Shown piece by piece: positions 1 through 14,900 of a stretch of DNA of 64,000 bases; within the stretch, counting starts at the first letter, position 1; the number at the start of each line of letters is the position of its first letter. The notes beneath the pieces are model-generated. The model saw nothing but the letters and a program-made list of their open reading frames with translations, was not told where the DNA came from and searched no databases. This DNA is from Eimeria praecox (lineage: Eukaryota): positions 4,898,001-4,962,000 of the forward strand of contig OY986950.1 of the NCBI GenBank assembly GCA_963920595.1, read 5' to 3'. A program made the position numbers and the translations under genes.

Positions 1-3000
1 GAATGTTTGTGGGGCTGCGAGTGTGATATGAGGGTGGATTTGGGATGTATTTTAGCGTTTGCGCGTGTGCGCATATTCTGTACATGTGTGCGAGTTGGTA
101 GAATATGATAGTTGGTAGTGTTTGTGGGTGTGTTAGTTTGTGTGTATGCTGGGATGTGGGTGTTTTTGTTGCGGATTCGGGCGTTAAATGTGGGATGTGA
201 AAATGTACATGTGTGTGTGAATTGGCTGCCACTGGTGTGATGTTGGAGGTGGTGTGCGTTTACAGCAGCAGGCCGTGGGTCGCGCTTGAAGATATGTTTG
301 GGGCTGGCATGGCTGTATTGTGTATGTGGATGGGTTTGGGATGGTTGGATGTTTGTGGGGCTGTTAGTGTGATATGAGGGTGGGTGTGGGATGTATTTTA
401 GCGTTTGTGCGTGTGCGCATATTCTGTACATGTGTGTGGGTTGGTAGAATACGATAGTTGGTAGTGTTTGTGGGTGTTAGTTTGTGTGTATGCTGGGATG
501 TGGGTGTTTTTGTTGCGGATTCGGGCGTTAAATGTGGGATGTGAAAATGTGCATGTGCGTGTGGAGTGGTTGACGTTGGTGTGGTTTTGGGGTGGTGGGC
601 TTGTGCGCAGCGAGAGGCGGTGGGTCGGGCTTGAAGATATGTTTGGGGCTGGCATGGCTGTATTGTGTATGTGGATGGGTTTGGGATGGGTGGAATGTTT
701 GTGGGGCTGCGAGTGTGATATGAGGGTGGATTTGGGATGTATTTTAGCGTTTGCGCGTGTGCGCATATTCTGTACATGTGTGCGAGTTGGTAGAATATGA
801 TAGTTGGTAGTGTTTGTGGGTGTGTTAGTTTGTGTGTATGCTGGGATGTGGGTGTTTTTGTTGCGGATTCGGGCGTTAAATGTGGGATGTGAAAATGTAC
901 ATGTGTGTGTGAATTGGCTGCCACTGGTGTGATGTTGGAGGTGGTGTGCGTTTACAGCAGCAGGCCGTGGGTCGCGCTTGAAGATATGTTTGGGGCTGGC
1001 ATGGCTGTATTGTGTATGTGGATGGGTTTGGGATGGTTGGATGTTTGTGGGGCTGTTAGTGTGATATGAGGGTGGGTTTGGGATGTATTTTAGCGTTTGT
1101 GCGTGTGCGCATATTCTGTACATGTGTGTGGGTTGGTAGAATATGATAGTTGGTAGTGTTTGTGGGTGTGTTAGTTTGTGTGTATGCTGGGATGTGGGTG
1201 TTTTTGTTGCGGATTCGGGCGTTAAATGTGGGATGTGAAAATGTGCATGTGCGTGTGGAGTGGTTGACGTTGGTGTGGTTTTGGGGTGGTGGGCTTGTGC
1301 GCAGCGAGAGGCGGTGGGTCGCGCTTGAAGATATGTTTGGGGATCGCATGGCTGTATTGTGTATGTGGATGGGTTTGGGATGGGTGGAATGTTTGTGGGG
1401 CTGCGAGTGTGATATGAGGGTGGATTTGGGACGTATTTTAGCGTTTGCGCGTGTGCGCATATTCTGTACATGTGTGCGAGTTGGTAGAATACGATAGTTG
1501 GTAGTGTTTGTGGGTGTGTTAGTTTGTGTGTATGCTGGGATGTGGGTGTTTTTGTTGCGGATTCGGGCGTTAAATGTGGGATGTGAAAATGGACATGTGT
1601 GTGTGAATTGGCTGACACTGGTGTGATGTTGGAGGTGGTGTGCGTTTACAGCAGCAGGCGGTGGGTCGCGCTTGAAGATATGTTTGGGGCTGGCATGGTT
1701 GTATTGTGTATGTGGATGGGTTTGGGATGGTTGGATGTTTGTGGGGCTGCGAGTGTGATATGAGGGTGGATTTGGGATGTATTTTAGCGTTTGTGCGTGT
1801 GCGCATATTCTGTACATGTGTGTGGGTTGGTAGAATATGATAGTTGGTAGTGTTTGTGGGTGTGTTAGTTTGTGTGTATGCTGGGATGTGGGTGTTTTTG
1901 TTGCGGATTAGGGCGTTAAATGTGGAATGTGAAAATGTACATGTGTGTGTGAATTGGCTGACACTGGTGTGATGTTGGAGGTGGTGTGCGTTGACAGGAG
2001 CAGGCGGTGGGTCGCGCTTGAAGATATGTTTGGGGCTGGCATGGCTGTATTGTGTATGTGTATGGGCTTGGGATGGTTGGATGTTTGTGGGGCTGTTAGT
2101 GTGATATGAGGGTGGGTTTGGGATGTATTTTAGCGTTTGTGCGTGTGCGCATATTCTGTACATGTGTGTGGGTTGGTAGAATACGATAGTTGGGAGTGTT
2201 TGTGGGTGTTAGTTTGTGTGTATGCTGGGATGTGGGTGTTTTTGTTGCGGATTCGGGCGTTAAATGTGGGATGTGAAAATGTGCATGTGCGTGTGGAGTG
2301 GTTGACGGTGTGGTTTTGGGGTGGTGGGCTTGTGCGCAGCGAGAGGCGGTGGGTCGGGCTTGAAGATATGTTTGGGGCTGGCATGGCTGTATTGTGTATG
2401 TGGATGGGTTTGGGATGGGTGGAATGTTTGTGGGGCTGCGAGTGTGATATGAGGGTGGATTTGGGATGTATTTTAGCGTTTGCGCGTGTGCGCATATTCT
2501 GTACATGTGTGCGAGTTGGTAGAATATGATAGTTGGTAGTGTTTGTGGGTGTGTTAGTTTGTGTGTATGCTGGGATGTGGGTGTTTTTGTTGCGGATTCG
2601 GGCGTTAAATGTGGGATGTGAAAATGTACATGTGTGTGTGAATTGGCTGCCACTGGTGTGATGTTGGAGGTGGTGTGCGTTTACAGCAGCAGGCCGTGGG
2701 TCGCGCTTGAAGATATGTTTGGGGCTGGCATGGCTGTATTGTGTATGTGGATGGGTTTGGGATGGTTGGATGTTTGTGGGGCTGTTAGTGTGATATGAGG
2801 GTGGGTGTGGGATGTATTTTAGCGTTTGTGCGTGTGCGCATATTCTGTACATGTGTGTGGGTTGGTAGAATACGATAGTTGGTAGTGTTTGTGGGTGTGT
2901 TAGTTTGTGTGTATGCTGGGATGTGGGTGTTTTTGTTGCGGATTCGGGCGTTAAATGTGGGATGTGAAAATGTGCATGTGCGTGTGGAGTGGTTGACGTT

Positions 3001-3900
3001 GGTGTGGTTTTGGGGTGGTGGGCTTGTGCGCAGCGAGAGGCGGTGGGTCGCGCTTGAAGATATGTTTGGGGCTGGCATGGCTGTATTGTGTATGTGGATG
3101 GGTTTGCGATGGGTGGAATGTTTGTGGGGCTGCGAGTGTGATATGAGGGTGGATTTGGGATGCATTTTAGCGTTTGCGCGTGTGCGCATATTCTGTACAT
3201 GTGTGCGAGTTGGTAGAATATGATAGTTGGTAGTGTTTGTGGGTGTGTTAGTTTGTGTGTATGCTGGGATGTGGGTGTTTTTGTTGCGGATTAGGGCGTT
3301 AAATGTGGGATGTGAAAATGTACATGTGTGTGTGAATTGGCTGACACTGGTGTGATGTTGGAGGTGGTGTGCGGTTACAGCAGCAGGCGGTGGGTCGCGC
3401 TTGAAGATATGTTTGGGGCTGGCATGGTTGTATTGTGTATGTGTATGGGTTTGGGATGGTTGGATGTTTGTGGGGCTGTTAGTGTGATATGAGGGTGGGT
3501 TTGGGATGTATTTTAGCGTTTGTGCGTGTGCGCATATTCTGTACATGTGTGTGGGTTGGTAGAATACGATAGTTGGTAGTGTTTGTGGGTGTTAGTTTGT
3601 GTGTATGCTGGGATGTGGGTGTTTTTGTTGCGGATTAGGGCGTTAAATGTGGGATGTGAAAATGTGCATGTGCGTGTGGAGTGGTTGACGTTGGTGTGGT
3701 TTTGGGGTGGTGGGCTTGTGCGCAGCGAGAGGCGGTGGGTCGGGCTTGAAGATATGTTTGGGGCTGGCATGGCTGTATTGTGTATGTGGATGGGTTTGGG
3801 ATGGTTGGATGTTTGTGGGGCTGCGAGTGTGATATGAGGGTGGATTTGGGTTGTATTTTAGCGTTTGTGCGTGTGCGCATATTCTGTACATGTGTGCGAG
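1..3900 (+). repeat. Left satellite zone with a dimer period (~692 bp) and a 5-mer period (~1,730 bp)
   Basis: Identical translated blocks recur at offsets of 1,732 (364/2096, 398/2130) and 1,729 (1056/2785). The diagnostic variant GCTGCCACTGG...GGCCGTGGG occurs at ~225, ~917 and ~2646. Confidence 0.8.
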
Positions 3901-5939
3901 TTGGTAGAATATGATAGATGGTAGTGTTTGTGGGTGTGTTAGTTTGTGTGTATGCTGGGATGTGGGTGTTTTTGTTGCGGATTAGGGCGTTAAATGTGGG
4001 ATGTGAAAATGGACATGTGTGTGTGAATTGGCTGACGCTGGTGTGATGTTGGAGGTGGTGTGCGTTGACAGCAGCAAGCAGTGGGTCGCGCTTGAAGATA
4101 TGTTTGGGGATCGCATGGTTGTATTGTGTATGTGGATGTGTTTGGGATGGTTGGATGTTTGTGGGGCTGCGAGTGTGATATGAGGGTGGGTTTGGGATGT
4201 ATTTTAGCGTTTGTGCGTGTGCGCATATTCTGTACATGTGCGTGGGTTGGTAGAATACGATAGTTGGTAGTGTTTGTGGGTGTTAGTTTGTGTGTATGCT
4301 GGGATGTGGGTGTTTTTGTTGCGGATTCGGGCGTTAAATGTGGGATGTGAAAATGTGCATGTGCGTGTGGAGTGGTTGACGTTGGTGTGGTTTTGGGGAT
4401 GTGGCTTGTGCGCAGCCAGAGGCGGTGGGTCGCGCTTGAAGATATGTTTGGGGCTGGCATGGTTGTATTGTGTATGTGGATGGGTTTGGGATGGTTGGAT
4501 GTTTGTGGGGCTGCTAGTGTGATATGAGGGTGGGTTTGGGATGTATTTTAGCGTTTGTGCGTGTGCGCATATTCTGTACATGTGTGCGAGTTGGTAGAAT
4601 ATGATAGTTGGTAGTGTTTGTGGGTGTGTTAGTTTGTGTGTATGCTGGGATGTGGGTGTTTTTGTTGCGGATTCGGGCGCTAAATGTGGGATGTGAAAAT
4701 GGACATGTGCGTGTGCATTGGCTGACACTGGTGTGATGTTGGAGGTGGTGTGCGTTGGCAGCAGAAGGCGGTGGGTCGCGCTTGAAGATATGTTTGGGAA
4801 TGGCATGGCTGTATTGTGTATGTCGTTGGGTTTGGGATGGTTGGATGTTTGTGGGGCTGTTAGTGTGATATGAGGGTGGGTTTGGGATGTATTTTAGCGT
4901 TTGTGCGTGTGCGCATATTCTGTACATGTGTGCGGGTTGGTAGAATATGAGAGTTGGTAGTGTTTGTGGGTGTGCTAGTTTGTGTGTATGCTGGGATGTG
5001 GGTGTTATTGTTGCTGATTCGGGCGCTAAATGTGGGATGTGAACATGGACATGTGCGTGTGGAGTGGTTGACGTTGGTGTGGTTTTGGGGATGTGGCTTG
5101 TGCGCAGCGAGAGGCGGTGGGTCGCGCTTGAAGATATGTTTGGGGCTGGCGAGGTTGTATTGTGTATGTGGATGGGTTTGGGATGGTTGGATGTTTGTGG
5201 GGCTGTTAGGGAGATATTAAGGTGGGTTGGGGATGCATTTTAGCGTTTGTGCGTGTGCGGATATTCTGTACATGTGTGCGGGTTGGTAGAATATGATAGT
5301 TGGTAGTGTTTGTGGGTGTGTTAGTTTGTGTGTATGCTGGGGTGTGGGTGTTTTTGTTGCTGATTCGGGCGTTAAATGTGGGATGTGAAAATGGACATGT
5401 GCGTGTGGAGTGGTAAACGTTGGTGTGATGTTGGAGGTGGTGTGCGTTGACAGGAGCAGGCGGTGGGTCGCGCTTGAAGATATGTTTGGGGCTGGCATGG
5501 TTGTATTATGTATGTGGATGTGTTTGGGATGGTTGGATGTTTGCGGGGCTGTTAGTGTGATATGAGGGCGGATTTGGGATGTATTTTAGCTTTCTTGTGT
5601 GTGCGCATATTCTGTACATGTGTGTGGGTTGGTAGAATATGATAGTTGGTAGTGCTTGTGGGCGTGTTAGTTTGGGTGTATGCTGGGATGTGGGTGTTTT
5701 TGTTGCGGATTCGGGCGTTAAATGTGGGATATGAAAATGTGCATGTGTGTGTGAATTGGCTGACGTTGGTGTGATGTTGGAGGTGGTGTGCGTTGACAGG
5801 AGCAGGCGGTGGGTCGCGCTTGAAGATATGTTTGGGGCTGGCATGGTTGTATTGTGCATGTGGATGGGTTTGGGATGGTTGGATGTTTGAGGGGCTGTTA
5901 GTGTGATATTAAGGTGGGTTTGGGATGCATTTTAGCGTT

Positions 5940-8900
5940 TGTGCGTGTACATGTGTGTGGGTTGGTAGAATATGATAGTTGGTAATGTTTGCGGGTGTGC
6001 TGGTTTGGGTGTATGCTGGGATGTGGGTGTTTTTGTTGCGGATTCGGGCGCTAAATGTTGGATGTGAAAATGGACATGTGTGTGTGAATTGGTTGACGTT
6101 GGTGTGGTTTTGGGAATGTGGATTGTGCGCAGCGAGAGGCGGTGGGTCGCGCTTGAAGATATGTTTGGGGCTGGCATGGTTATATTGTGCATGTGGATGG
6201 GTGTGGGATGGTTGGATGTTTGTGGGGCTGTTAGTGTGATATGAGGTTGGGTTTGGGATGCATTTTAGCGTTTGTGCGTGTACATGTGTGTGTGGGTTGG
6301 TAGAATATGATAGTTGGTAATGTTTGCGGGTGTGTTAGTTTGTGTGTATGCTGGGATGTGGGTGTTTTTGTTGCTGATTCGGGCGCTAAATGTTGGATGT
6401 GAAAATGTGCATGTGTGTGTGGAGTGGGTGACGTTGGTGTGGTTTTGGGAATGTGGCTTGTGCGCAGCGAGAGGCGGTGGGTCGCGCTTGAAGATATGTT
6501 TGGGGATGGCATGGTTATATTGTGCATGCGGATGGGTGTGGGATGGTTGGATGTTTGTTGGGCTGTTAGTGTGATATGAGGTTGGGTTTGGGATGCATTT
6601 TAGCGTTTGTGCGTGTACATGTGTGTGGGTTGGTAGAATACGATAGCTGGTAGTGTTTGTGGGTGTGTTAGTTTGGGTGTATGCTGGGATGTGGGTGTTT
6701 TTGTTGCGGATTCGGGCGTTAAATGTGGGATGTGAAAATGTACATGTGTGTGTGAATTGGCTGACGTTGGTGTGATGTTGGAGGTGGTGTGCGTTGACAG
6801 GAGCAGGCGGTGGGTCGCGCTTGAAGATATGTTTGGGGCTGGCAAGGTTGTATTGTGTATGTGGATGTGTTTGGGATGGCTGGATGTTTGCGGGGCTAAT
6901 AGGGTGATATGAGGGTGGGTTTGAGATGCATTTTAGCGTTTGTGCGTGTGCGGATATTCTGTACATGTGTGCGGGTTGGTAGAATATGATAGTTGGTAGT
7001 GTTTGTGGGTGTGTTAGTTTGTGTGTATGCTGGGGTGTGGGTGTTTTTGTTGCTGATTCGGGCGTTAAATGTGGGATGTGAAAATGGGCATGTGCGTGTG
7101 GAGTGGTAAACGTTGGTGTGATGTTGGAGGTGGTGTGCGTTGACAGGAGCAGGCGGTGGGTCGCGCTTGAAGATATGTTTGGGGCTGGCATGGTTGTATT
7201 GTGTATGTAGATGGGTTTGGGATGGTTGGATGTTTGCGGGGCTAATAGGGTGATATGAGGGCGGATTTGGGATGTATTTTAGCGTTTGTGCGTGTGCGCA
7301 TATTCTGTACATGTGTGTGGGTTGGTAGAATATGATAGTTGGTAGTGTTTGTGGGTGTGTTAGTTTGGGTGTATGCTGGGATGTGGGTGTTTTTGTTGCG
7401 GATTCGGGCGTTAAATGTGGGATGTGAAAATGTGCATGTGCGTGTGGAGTGGTTGACGGTGGTGTGATGTTGGAGGTGGTGTGCGTTGACAGGAGCAGGC
7501 GGTGGGTCGCGCTTGAAGATATGTTTGGGGCTGGCATGGTTGTATTGTGCATGTGGATGGGTTTGGGATGGTTGGATGTGTGTGGGGCTGTTAGTGTGAT
7601 ATGAGGGTGGGTTTGGGATGTATTTTAGCGTTTGTGCGTGTACATGTGTGTGGGTTGGTAGAATATGATAGTTGGTAATGTTTGCGGGTGTGTTGGTTTG
7701 GGTGTATGCTGGGATGTGGGTGTTTTTGTTGCTGATTCGGGCGCTAAATGTTGGATGTGAAAATGGACATGTCTGTATGGAGTGGTTGACGTTGGTGTGG
7801 TTTTGGGAATGTGGCTTGTGCGCAGCGAGAGGCGGTGGGTCGCGCTTGAAGATATGTTTGGGGATGGCATGGTTATATTGTGCATGCGGATGGGTGTGGG
7901 ATGGTTGGATGTTTGTGGGGCTGTTAGTGTGATATGAGGTTGGGTTTGGGATGCATTTTAGCGTTTGTGCGTGTACATGTGTGTGGGTTGGTAGAATACG
8001 ATAGCTGGTAGTGTTTGTGGGTGTGTTAGTTTGGGTGTATGCTGGGATGTGGGTGTTTTTGTTGCGGATTCGGGCGTTAAATGTGGGATGTGAAAATGGA
8101 CCTGTGTGTGTGAATTGGCTGACGCTGGTGTGATGTTGGAGGTGGTGTGCGTTTACAGCAGCAGGCGGTGGGTCGCGCTTGAAGATATGTTTGGGGCTGG
8201 CATGGTTGTATTGTGTATGTGGATGGGTTTGGGATGGGTGGATGTTTGTGGGGCTGTTAGTGTGATATGAGGGTGGGTTTGGGATGTATTTTAGCGTTTG
8301 TGGGTGTACATGTGTGTGGGTTGGTAGAATATGATAGTTGGTAGTGTTTGCGGGTGTGTTAGTTTGTGTGTATGCTGGGATGTGGGTGTTTTTGTTGCGG
8401 ATTCGGGCGCTAAATGTGGGATGTGAAAATGTGCATGTGTGTGTGGTGTGGTTGACGTTGGTGTGGTTTTGGGGTGGTGGGCTTGTGCGCAGCGAGAGGC
8501 GGTGGGTCGCGCTTGAAGATATGTTTGGGGCTGGCATGGTTGTATTGTGTATGTGGATGGGTTTGGGATGGGTGGAACGTTTGTGGGACTGCTAGTGTGA
8601 TATGAGGGTGGGTTTGGGATGCATTTTAGCGTTTGTGCGTGTACATGTGTGTGGGTTGGTAGAATATGATAGTTGGTAGCGTTTGTGGGTGTGTTAGTTT
8701 GTGTGTATGCTGGGATGTGGGTGTTTTTGTTGCGGATTCGGGCGTTAAATGTGGGATGTGAAAATGTGCATGTGTGTGTGAATTGGCTGACGTTGGTGTG
8801 ATGTTGGAGGTGGTGTGCGTTGACAGGAGCAGGCGGTGGGTCGCGCTTGAAGATATGTTTGGGGCTGGCAAGGTTGTATTGTGTATGTGGATGTGTTTGG

Positions 8901-11900
8901 GATGGCTGGATGTTTGCGGGGCTAATAGGGTGATATGAGGGTGGGTTTGAGATGCATTTTAGCGTTTGTGCGTGTGCGCATATTCTGTACATGTGTGCGG
9001 GTTGGTAGAATATGATAGTTGGTAGTGTTTGTGGGTGTGTTAGTTTGTGTGTATGCTGGGGTGTGGGTGTTTTTGTTGCTGATTCGGGCGTTAAATGTGG
9101 GATGTGAAAATGGACATGTGCGTGTGGAGTGGTAAACGTTGGTGTGATGTTGGAGGTGGTGTGCGTTGACAGGAGCAGGCGGTGGGTCGCGCTTGAAGAT
9201 ATGTTTGGGGCTGGCATGGTTGTATTGTGTATGTGGATGTGTTTGGGATGGTTGGATGTTTGCGGGGCTAATAGGGTGATATGAGGGCGGATTTGGGATG
9301 TATTTTAGCGTTCTTGTGTGTGCGCATATTCTGTACATGTGTGTGGGTTGGTAGAATATGATAGTTGGTGTGTGTGAATTGGCTGACGTTGGTGTGATGT
9401 TGGAGGTGGTGTGCGTTGACAGGAGCAGGCGGTGGGTCGCGCTTGAAGATATGTTTGGGGCTGGCAAGGTTGTATTGTGTATGTGGATGTGTTTGGGATG
9501 GCTGGATGTTTGCGGGGCTAATAGGGTGATATGAGGGTGGGTTTGAGATGCATTTTAGCGTTTGTGCGTGTGCGGATATTCTGTACATGTGTGCGGGTTG
9601 GTAGAATATGATAGTTGGTAGTGTTTGTGGGTGTGTTAGTTTGTGTGTATGCTGGGATGTGGGTGTTTTTGTTGCTGATTCGGGCGTTAAATGTGGGATG
9701 TGAAAATGGACATGTGCGTGTGGAGTGGTAAACGTTGGTGTGATGTTGGAGGTGGTGTGCGTTGACAGGAGCAGGCGGTGGGTCGCGCTTGAAGATATGT
9801 TTGGGGCTGGCATGGTTGTATTGTGTATGTGGATGTGTTTGGGATGGTTGGATGTTTGCGGGGCTAATAGGGTGATATGAGGGCGGATTTGGGATGTATT
9901 TTAGCGTTCTTGTGTGTGCGCATATTCTGTACATGTGTGTGGGTTGGTAGAATATGATAGTTGGTGTGTGTGAATTGGCTGACGTTGGTGTGATGTTGGA
10001 GGTGGTGTGCGTTGACAGGAGCAGGCGGTGGGTCGCGCTTGAAGATATGTTTGGGGCTGGCAAGGTTGTATTGTGTATGTGGATGTGTTTGGGATGGCTG
10101 GATGTTTGCGGGGCTAATAGGGTGATATGAGGGTGGGTTTGAGATGCATTTTAGCGTTTGTGCGTGTGCGGATATTCTGTACATGTGTGCGGGTTGGTAG
10201 AATATGATAGTTGGTAGTGTTTGTGGGTGTGTTAGTTTGTGTGTATGCTGGGGTGTGGGTGTTTTTGTTGCTGATTCGGGCGTTAAATGTGGGATGTGAA
10301 AATGGACATGTGCGTGTGGAGTGGTAAACGTTGGTGTGATGTTGGAGGTGGTGTGCGTTGACAGGAGCAGGCGGTGGGTCGCGCTTGAAGATATGTTTGG
10401 GGCTGGCATGGTTGTATTGTGTATGTGGATGGGTTTGGGATGGTTGGATGTTTGCGGGGCTAATAGGGTGATATGAGGGCGGATTTGGGATGTATTTTAG
10501 CGTTCTTGTGTGTGCGCATATTCTGTACATGTGTGTGGGTTGGTAGAATACGATAGTTGGTAGTGTTTGTGGGTGTGTTAGTTTGGGTGTATGCTGGGAT
10601 GTGGGTGTTTTTGTTGCGGATTCGGGCGTTAAATGTGGGATATGAAAATGTGCATGTGTGTGTGTGAATTGGCTGACGTTGGTGTGATGTTGGAGGTGGT
10701 GTGCGTTGACAGGAGCAGGCGGTGGGTCGCGCTTGAAGATATGTTTGGGGCTGGCATGGTTGTATTGTGTATGTAGATGGGTTTGGGATGGTTGGATGTT
10801 TGCGGGGCTAATAGGGTGATATGAGGGCGGATTTGGGATGTATTTTAGCGTTTGTGCGTGTGCGCATATTCTGTACATGTGTGTGGGTTGGTAGAATATG
10901 ATAGTTGGTAGTGTTTGTGGGTGTGTTAGTTTGGGTGTATGCTGGGATGTGGGTGTTTTTGTTGCGGATTCGGGCGTTAAATGTGGGATGTGAAAATGTG
11001 CATGTGCGTGTGGAGTGGTTGACGGTGGTGTGATGTTGGAGGTGGTGTGCGTTGACAGGAGCAGGCGGTGGGTCGCGCTTGAAGATATGTTTGGGGCTGG
11101 CATGGTTGTATTGTGCATGTGGATGGGTTTGGGATGGTTGGATGTGTGTGGGGCTGTTAGTGTGATATGAGGGTGGGTTTGGGATGTATTTTAGCGTTTG
11201 TGCGTGTACATGTGTGTGGGTTGGTAGAATATGATAGTTGGTAATGTTTGCGGGTGTGTTGGTTTGGGTGTATGCTGGGATGTGGGTGTTTTTGTTGCTG
11301 ATTCGGGCGCTAAATGTTGGATGTGAAAATGGACATGTCTGTGTGGAGCGGTTGACGTTGGTGTGGTTTTGGGGTGGTGGGCTTGTGCGCAGCGAGAGGC
11401 GGTGGGTCGCGCTTGAAGATATGTTTGGGGATGGCATGGTTATATTGTGCATGCGGATGGGTGTGGGATGGTTGGATGTTTGTGGGGCTGTTAGTGTGAT
11501 ATGAGGTTGGGTTTGGGATGCATTTTAGCGTTTGTGCGTGTACATGTGTGTGGGTTGGTAGAATACGATAGCTGGTAGTGTTTGTGGGTGTGTTAGTTTG
11601 TGTGTATGCTGGGATGTGGGTGTTTTTGTTGCGGATTCGGGCGTTAAATGTGGGATGTGAAAATGGACCTGTGTGTGTGAATTGGCTGACGCTGGTGTGA
11701 TGTTGGAGGTGGTGTGCGTTTACAGCAGCAGGCGGTGGGTCGCGCTTGAAGATATGTTTGGGGCTGGCATGGTTGTATTGTGTATGTGGATGTGTTTGGG
11801 ATGGTTGGATGTTTGTGGGGCTGTTAGTGTGATATGAGGGTGGGTTTGGGATGTATTTTAGCGTTTGTGGGTGTACATGTGTGTGGGTTGGTAGAATATG

Positions 11901-14900
11901 ATAGTTGGTAGTGTTTGCGGGTGTGTTAGTTTGTGTGTATGCTGGGATGTGGGTGTTTTTGTTGCGGATTCGGGCGCTAAATGTTGGATGTGAAAATGTG
12001 CATGTGTGTGTGGTGTGGTTGACGTTGGTGTGGTTTTGGGGTGGTGGGCTTGTGCGCAGCGAGAGGCGGTGGGTCGCGCTTGAAGATATGTTTGGGGCTG
12101 GCATGGTTGTATTGTGTATGTGGATGGGTTTGGGATGGGTGGAACGTTTGTGGGACTGCTAGTGTGATATGAGGGTGGGTTTGGGATGCATTTTAGCGTT
12201 TGTGCGTGTACATGTGTGTGGGTTGGTAGAATATGATAGTTGGTAGCGTTTGTGGGTGTGTTAGTTTGGGTGTATGCTGGGATGTGGGTGTTTTTGTTGC
12301 GGATTCGGGCGTTAAATGTGGGATGTGAAAATGTGCATCTGTGTGTGTGAATTGGCTGACGTTGGTGTGATGTTGGAGGTGGTGTGCGTTGACAGGAGCA
12401 GGCGGTGGGTCGCGCTTGAAGATATGTTTGGGGCTGGCGAGGTTGTATTGTGTATGTGGATGTGTTTGGGATGGCTGGACGTTTGCGGGGCTAATAGGGT
12501 GATATGAGGGTGGGTTTGAGATGCATTTTAGCGTTTGTGCGTGTGCGGATATTCTGTACATGTGTGCGGGTTGGTAGAATATGATAGTTGGTAGTGTTTG
12601 TGGGTGTGTTAGTTTGTGTGTATGCTGGGGTGTGGGTGTTTTTGTTGCTGATTCGGGCGTTAAATGTGGGATGTGAAAATGGACATGTGCGTGTGGAGTG
12701 GTAAACTTTGGTGTGATGTTGGAGGTGGTGTGCGTTGACAGGAGCAGGCGGTGGGTCGCGCTTGAAGATATGTTTGGGGCTGGCATGGTTGTATTGTGTA
12801 TGTGGATGTGTTTGGGATGGTTGGATGTTTGCGGGGCTAATAGGGTGATATGAGGGCGGATTTGGGATGTATTTTAGCGTTCTTGTGTGTGCGCATATTC
12901 TGTACATGTGTGTGGGTTGGTAGAATACGATAGTTGGTAGTGTTTGTGGGTGTGTTAGTTTGGGTGTATGCTGGGATGTGGGTGTTTTTGTTGCGGATTC
13001 GGGCGTTAAATGTGGGATATGAAAATGTGCATGTGTGTGTGTGAATTGGCTGACGTTGGTGTGATGTTGGAGGTGGTGTGCGTTGACAGGAGCAGGCGGT
13101 GGGTCGCGCTTGAAGATATGTTTGGGGCTGGCATGGTTGTATTGTGTATGTGGATGGGTTTGGGATGGGTGGAACGTTTGTGGGACTGCTAGTGTGATAT
13201 GAGGGTGGGTTTGGGATGCATTTTAGCGTTTGTGCGTGTACATGTGTGTGGGTTGGTAGAATATGATAGTTGGTAGCGTTTGTGGGTGTGTTAGTTTGGG
13301 TGTATGCTGGGATGTGGGTGTTTTTGTTGCGGATTCGGGCGTTAAATGTGGGATGTGAAAATGTGCATCTGTGTGTGTGAATTGGCTGACGTTGGTGTGA
13401 TGTTGGAGGTGGTGTGCGTTGACAGGAGCAGGCGGTGGGTCGCGCTTGAAGATATGTTTGGGGCTGGCGAGGTTGTATTGTGTATGTGGATGTGTTTGGG
13501 ATGGCTGGACGTTTGCGGGGCTAATAGGGTGATATGAGGGTGGGTTTGAGATGCATTTTAGCGTTTGTGCGTGTGCGGATATTCTGTACATGTGTGCGGG
13601 TTGGTAGAATATGATAGTTGGTAGTGTTTGTGGGTGTGTTAGTTTGGGTGTATGCTGGGGTGTGGGTGTTTTTGTTGCTGATTCGGGCGTTAAATGTGGG
13701 ATGTGAAAATGGACATGTGCGTGTGGAGTGGTAAACGTTGGTGTGATGTTGGAGGTGGTGTGCGTTGACAGGAGCAGGCGGTGGGTCGCGCTTGAAGATA
13801 TGTTTGGGGCTGGCATGGTTGTATTGTGTATGTGGATGGGTTTGGGATGGTTGGATGTTTGCGGGGCTAATAGGGTGATATGAGGGCGGATGTGGGATGT
13901 ATTTTAGCGTTCTTGTGTGTGCGCATATTCTGTACATGTGTGTGGGTTGGTAGAATATGATAGTTGGTGTGTGTGAATTGGCTGACGTTGGTGTGATGTT
14001 GGAGGTGGTGTGCGTTGACAGGAGCAGGCGGTGGGTCGCGCTTGAAGATATGTTTGGGGCTGGCAAGGTTGTATTGTGTATGTGGATGTGTTTGGGATGG
14101 CTGGATGTTTGCGGGGCTAATAGGGTGATATGAGGGTGGGTTTGAGATGCATTTTAGCGTTTGTGCGTGTGCGGATATTCTGTACATGTGTGCGGGTTGG
14201 TAGAATATGATAGTTGGTAGTGTTTGTGGGTGTGTTAGTTTGTGTGTATGCTGGGATGTGGGTGTTTTTGTTGCTGATTCGGGCGTTAAATGTGGGATGT
14301 GAAAATGGACATGTGCGTGTGGAGTGGTAAACGTTGGTGTGATGTTGGAGGTGGTGTGCGTTGACAGGAGCAGGCGGTGGGTCGCGCTTGAAGATATGTT
14401 TGGGGCTGGCATGGTTGTATTATGTATGTGGATGGGTTTGGGATGGTTGGATGTTTGCGGGGCTAATAGGGTGATATGAGGGCGGATTTGGGATGTATTT
14501 TAGCGTTCTTGTGTGTGCGCATATTCTGTACATGTGTGTGGGTTGGTAGAATATGATAGTTGGTAGTGCTTGTGGGCGTGTTAGTTTGGGTGTATGCTGG
14601 GATGTGGGTGTTTTTGTTGCGGATTCGGGCGTTAAATGTGGGATATGAAAATGTGCATGTGTGTGTGTGAATTGGCTGACGTTGGTGTGATGTTGGAGGT
14701 GATGTGCGTTGACAGGAGCAGGCGGTGGGTCGCGCTTGAAGATATGTTTGGGGCTGGCATGGTTGTATTGTGCATGTGGATGGGTTTGGGATGGTTGGAT
14801 GTGTGTGGGGCTGTTAGTGTGATATGATGGTGGGTTTGGGATGTATTTTAGCGTTTGTGCGTGTACATGTGTGTGGGTTGGTAGAATATGATAGTTGGTA

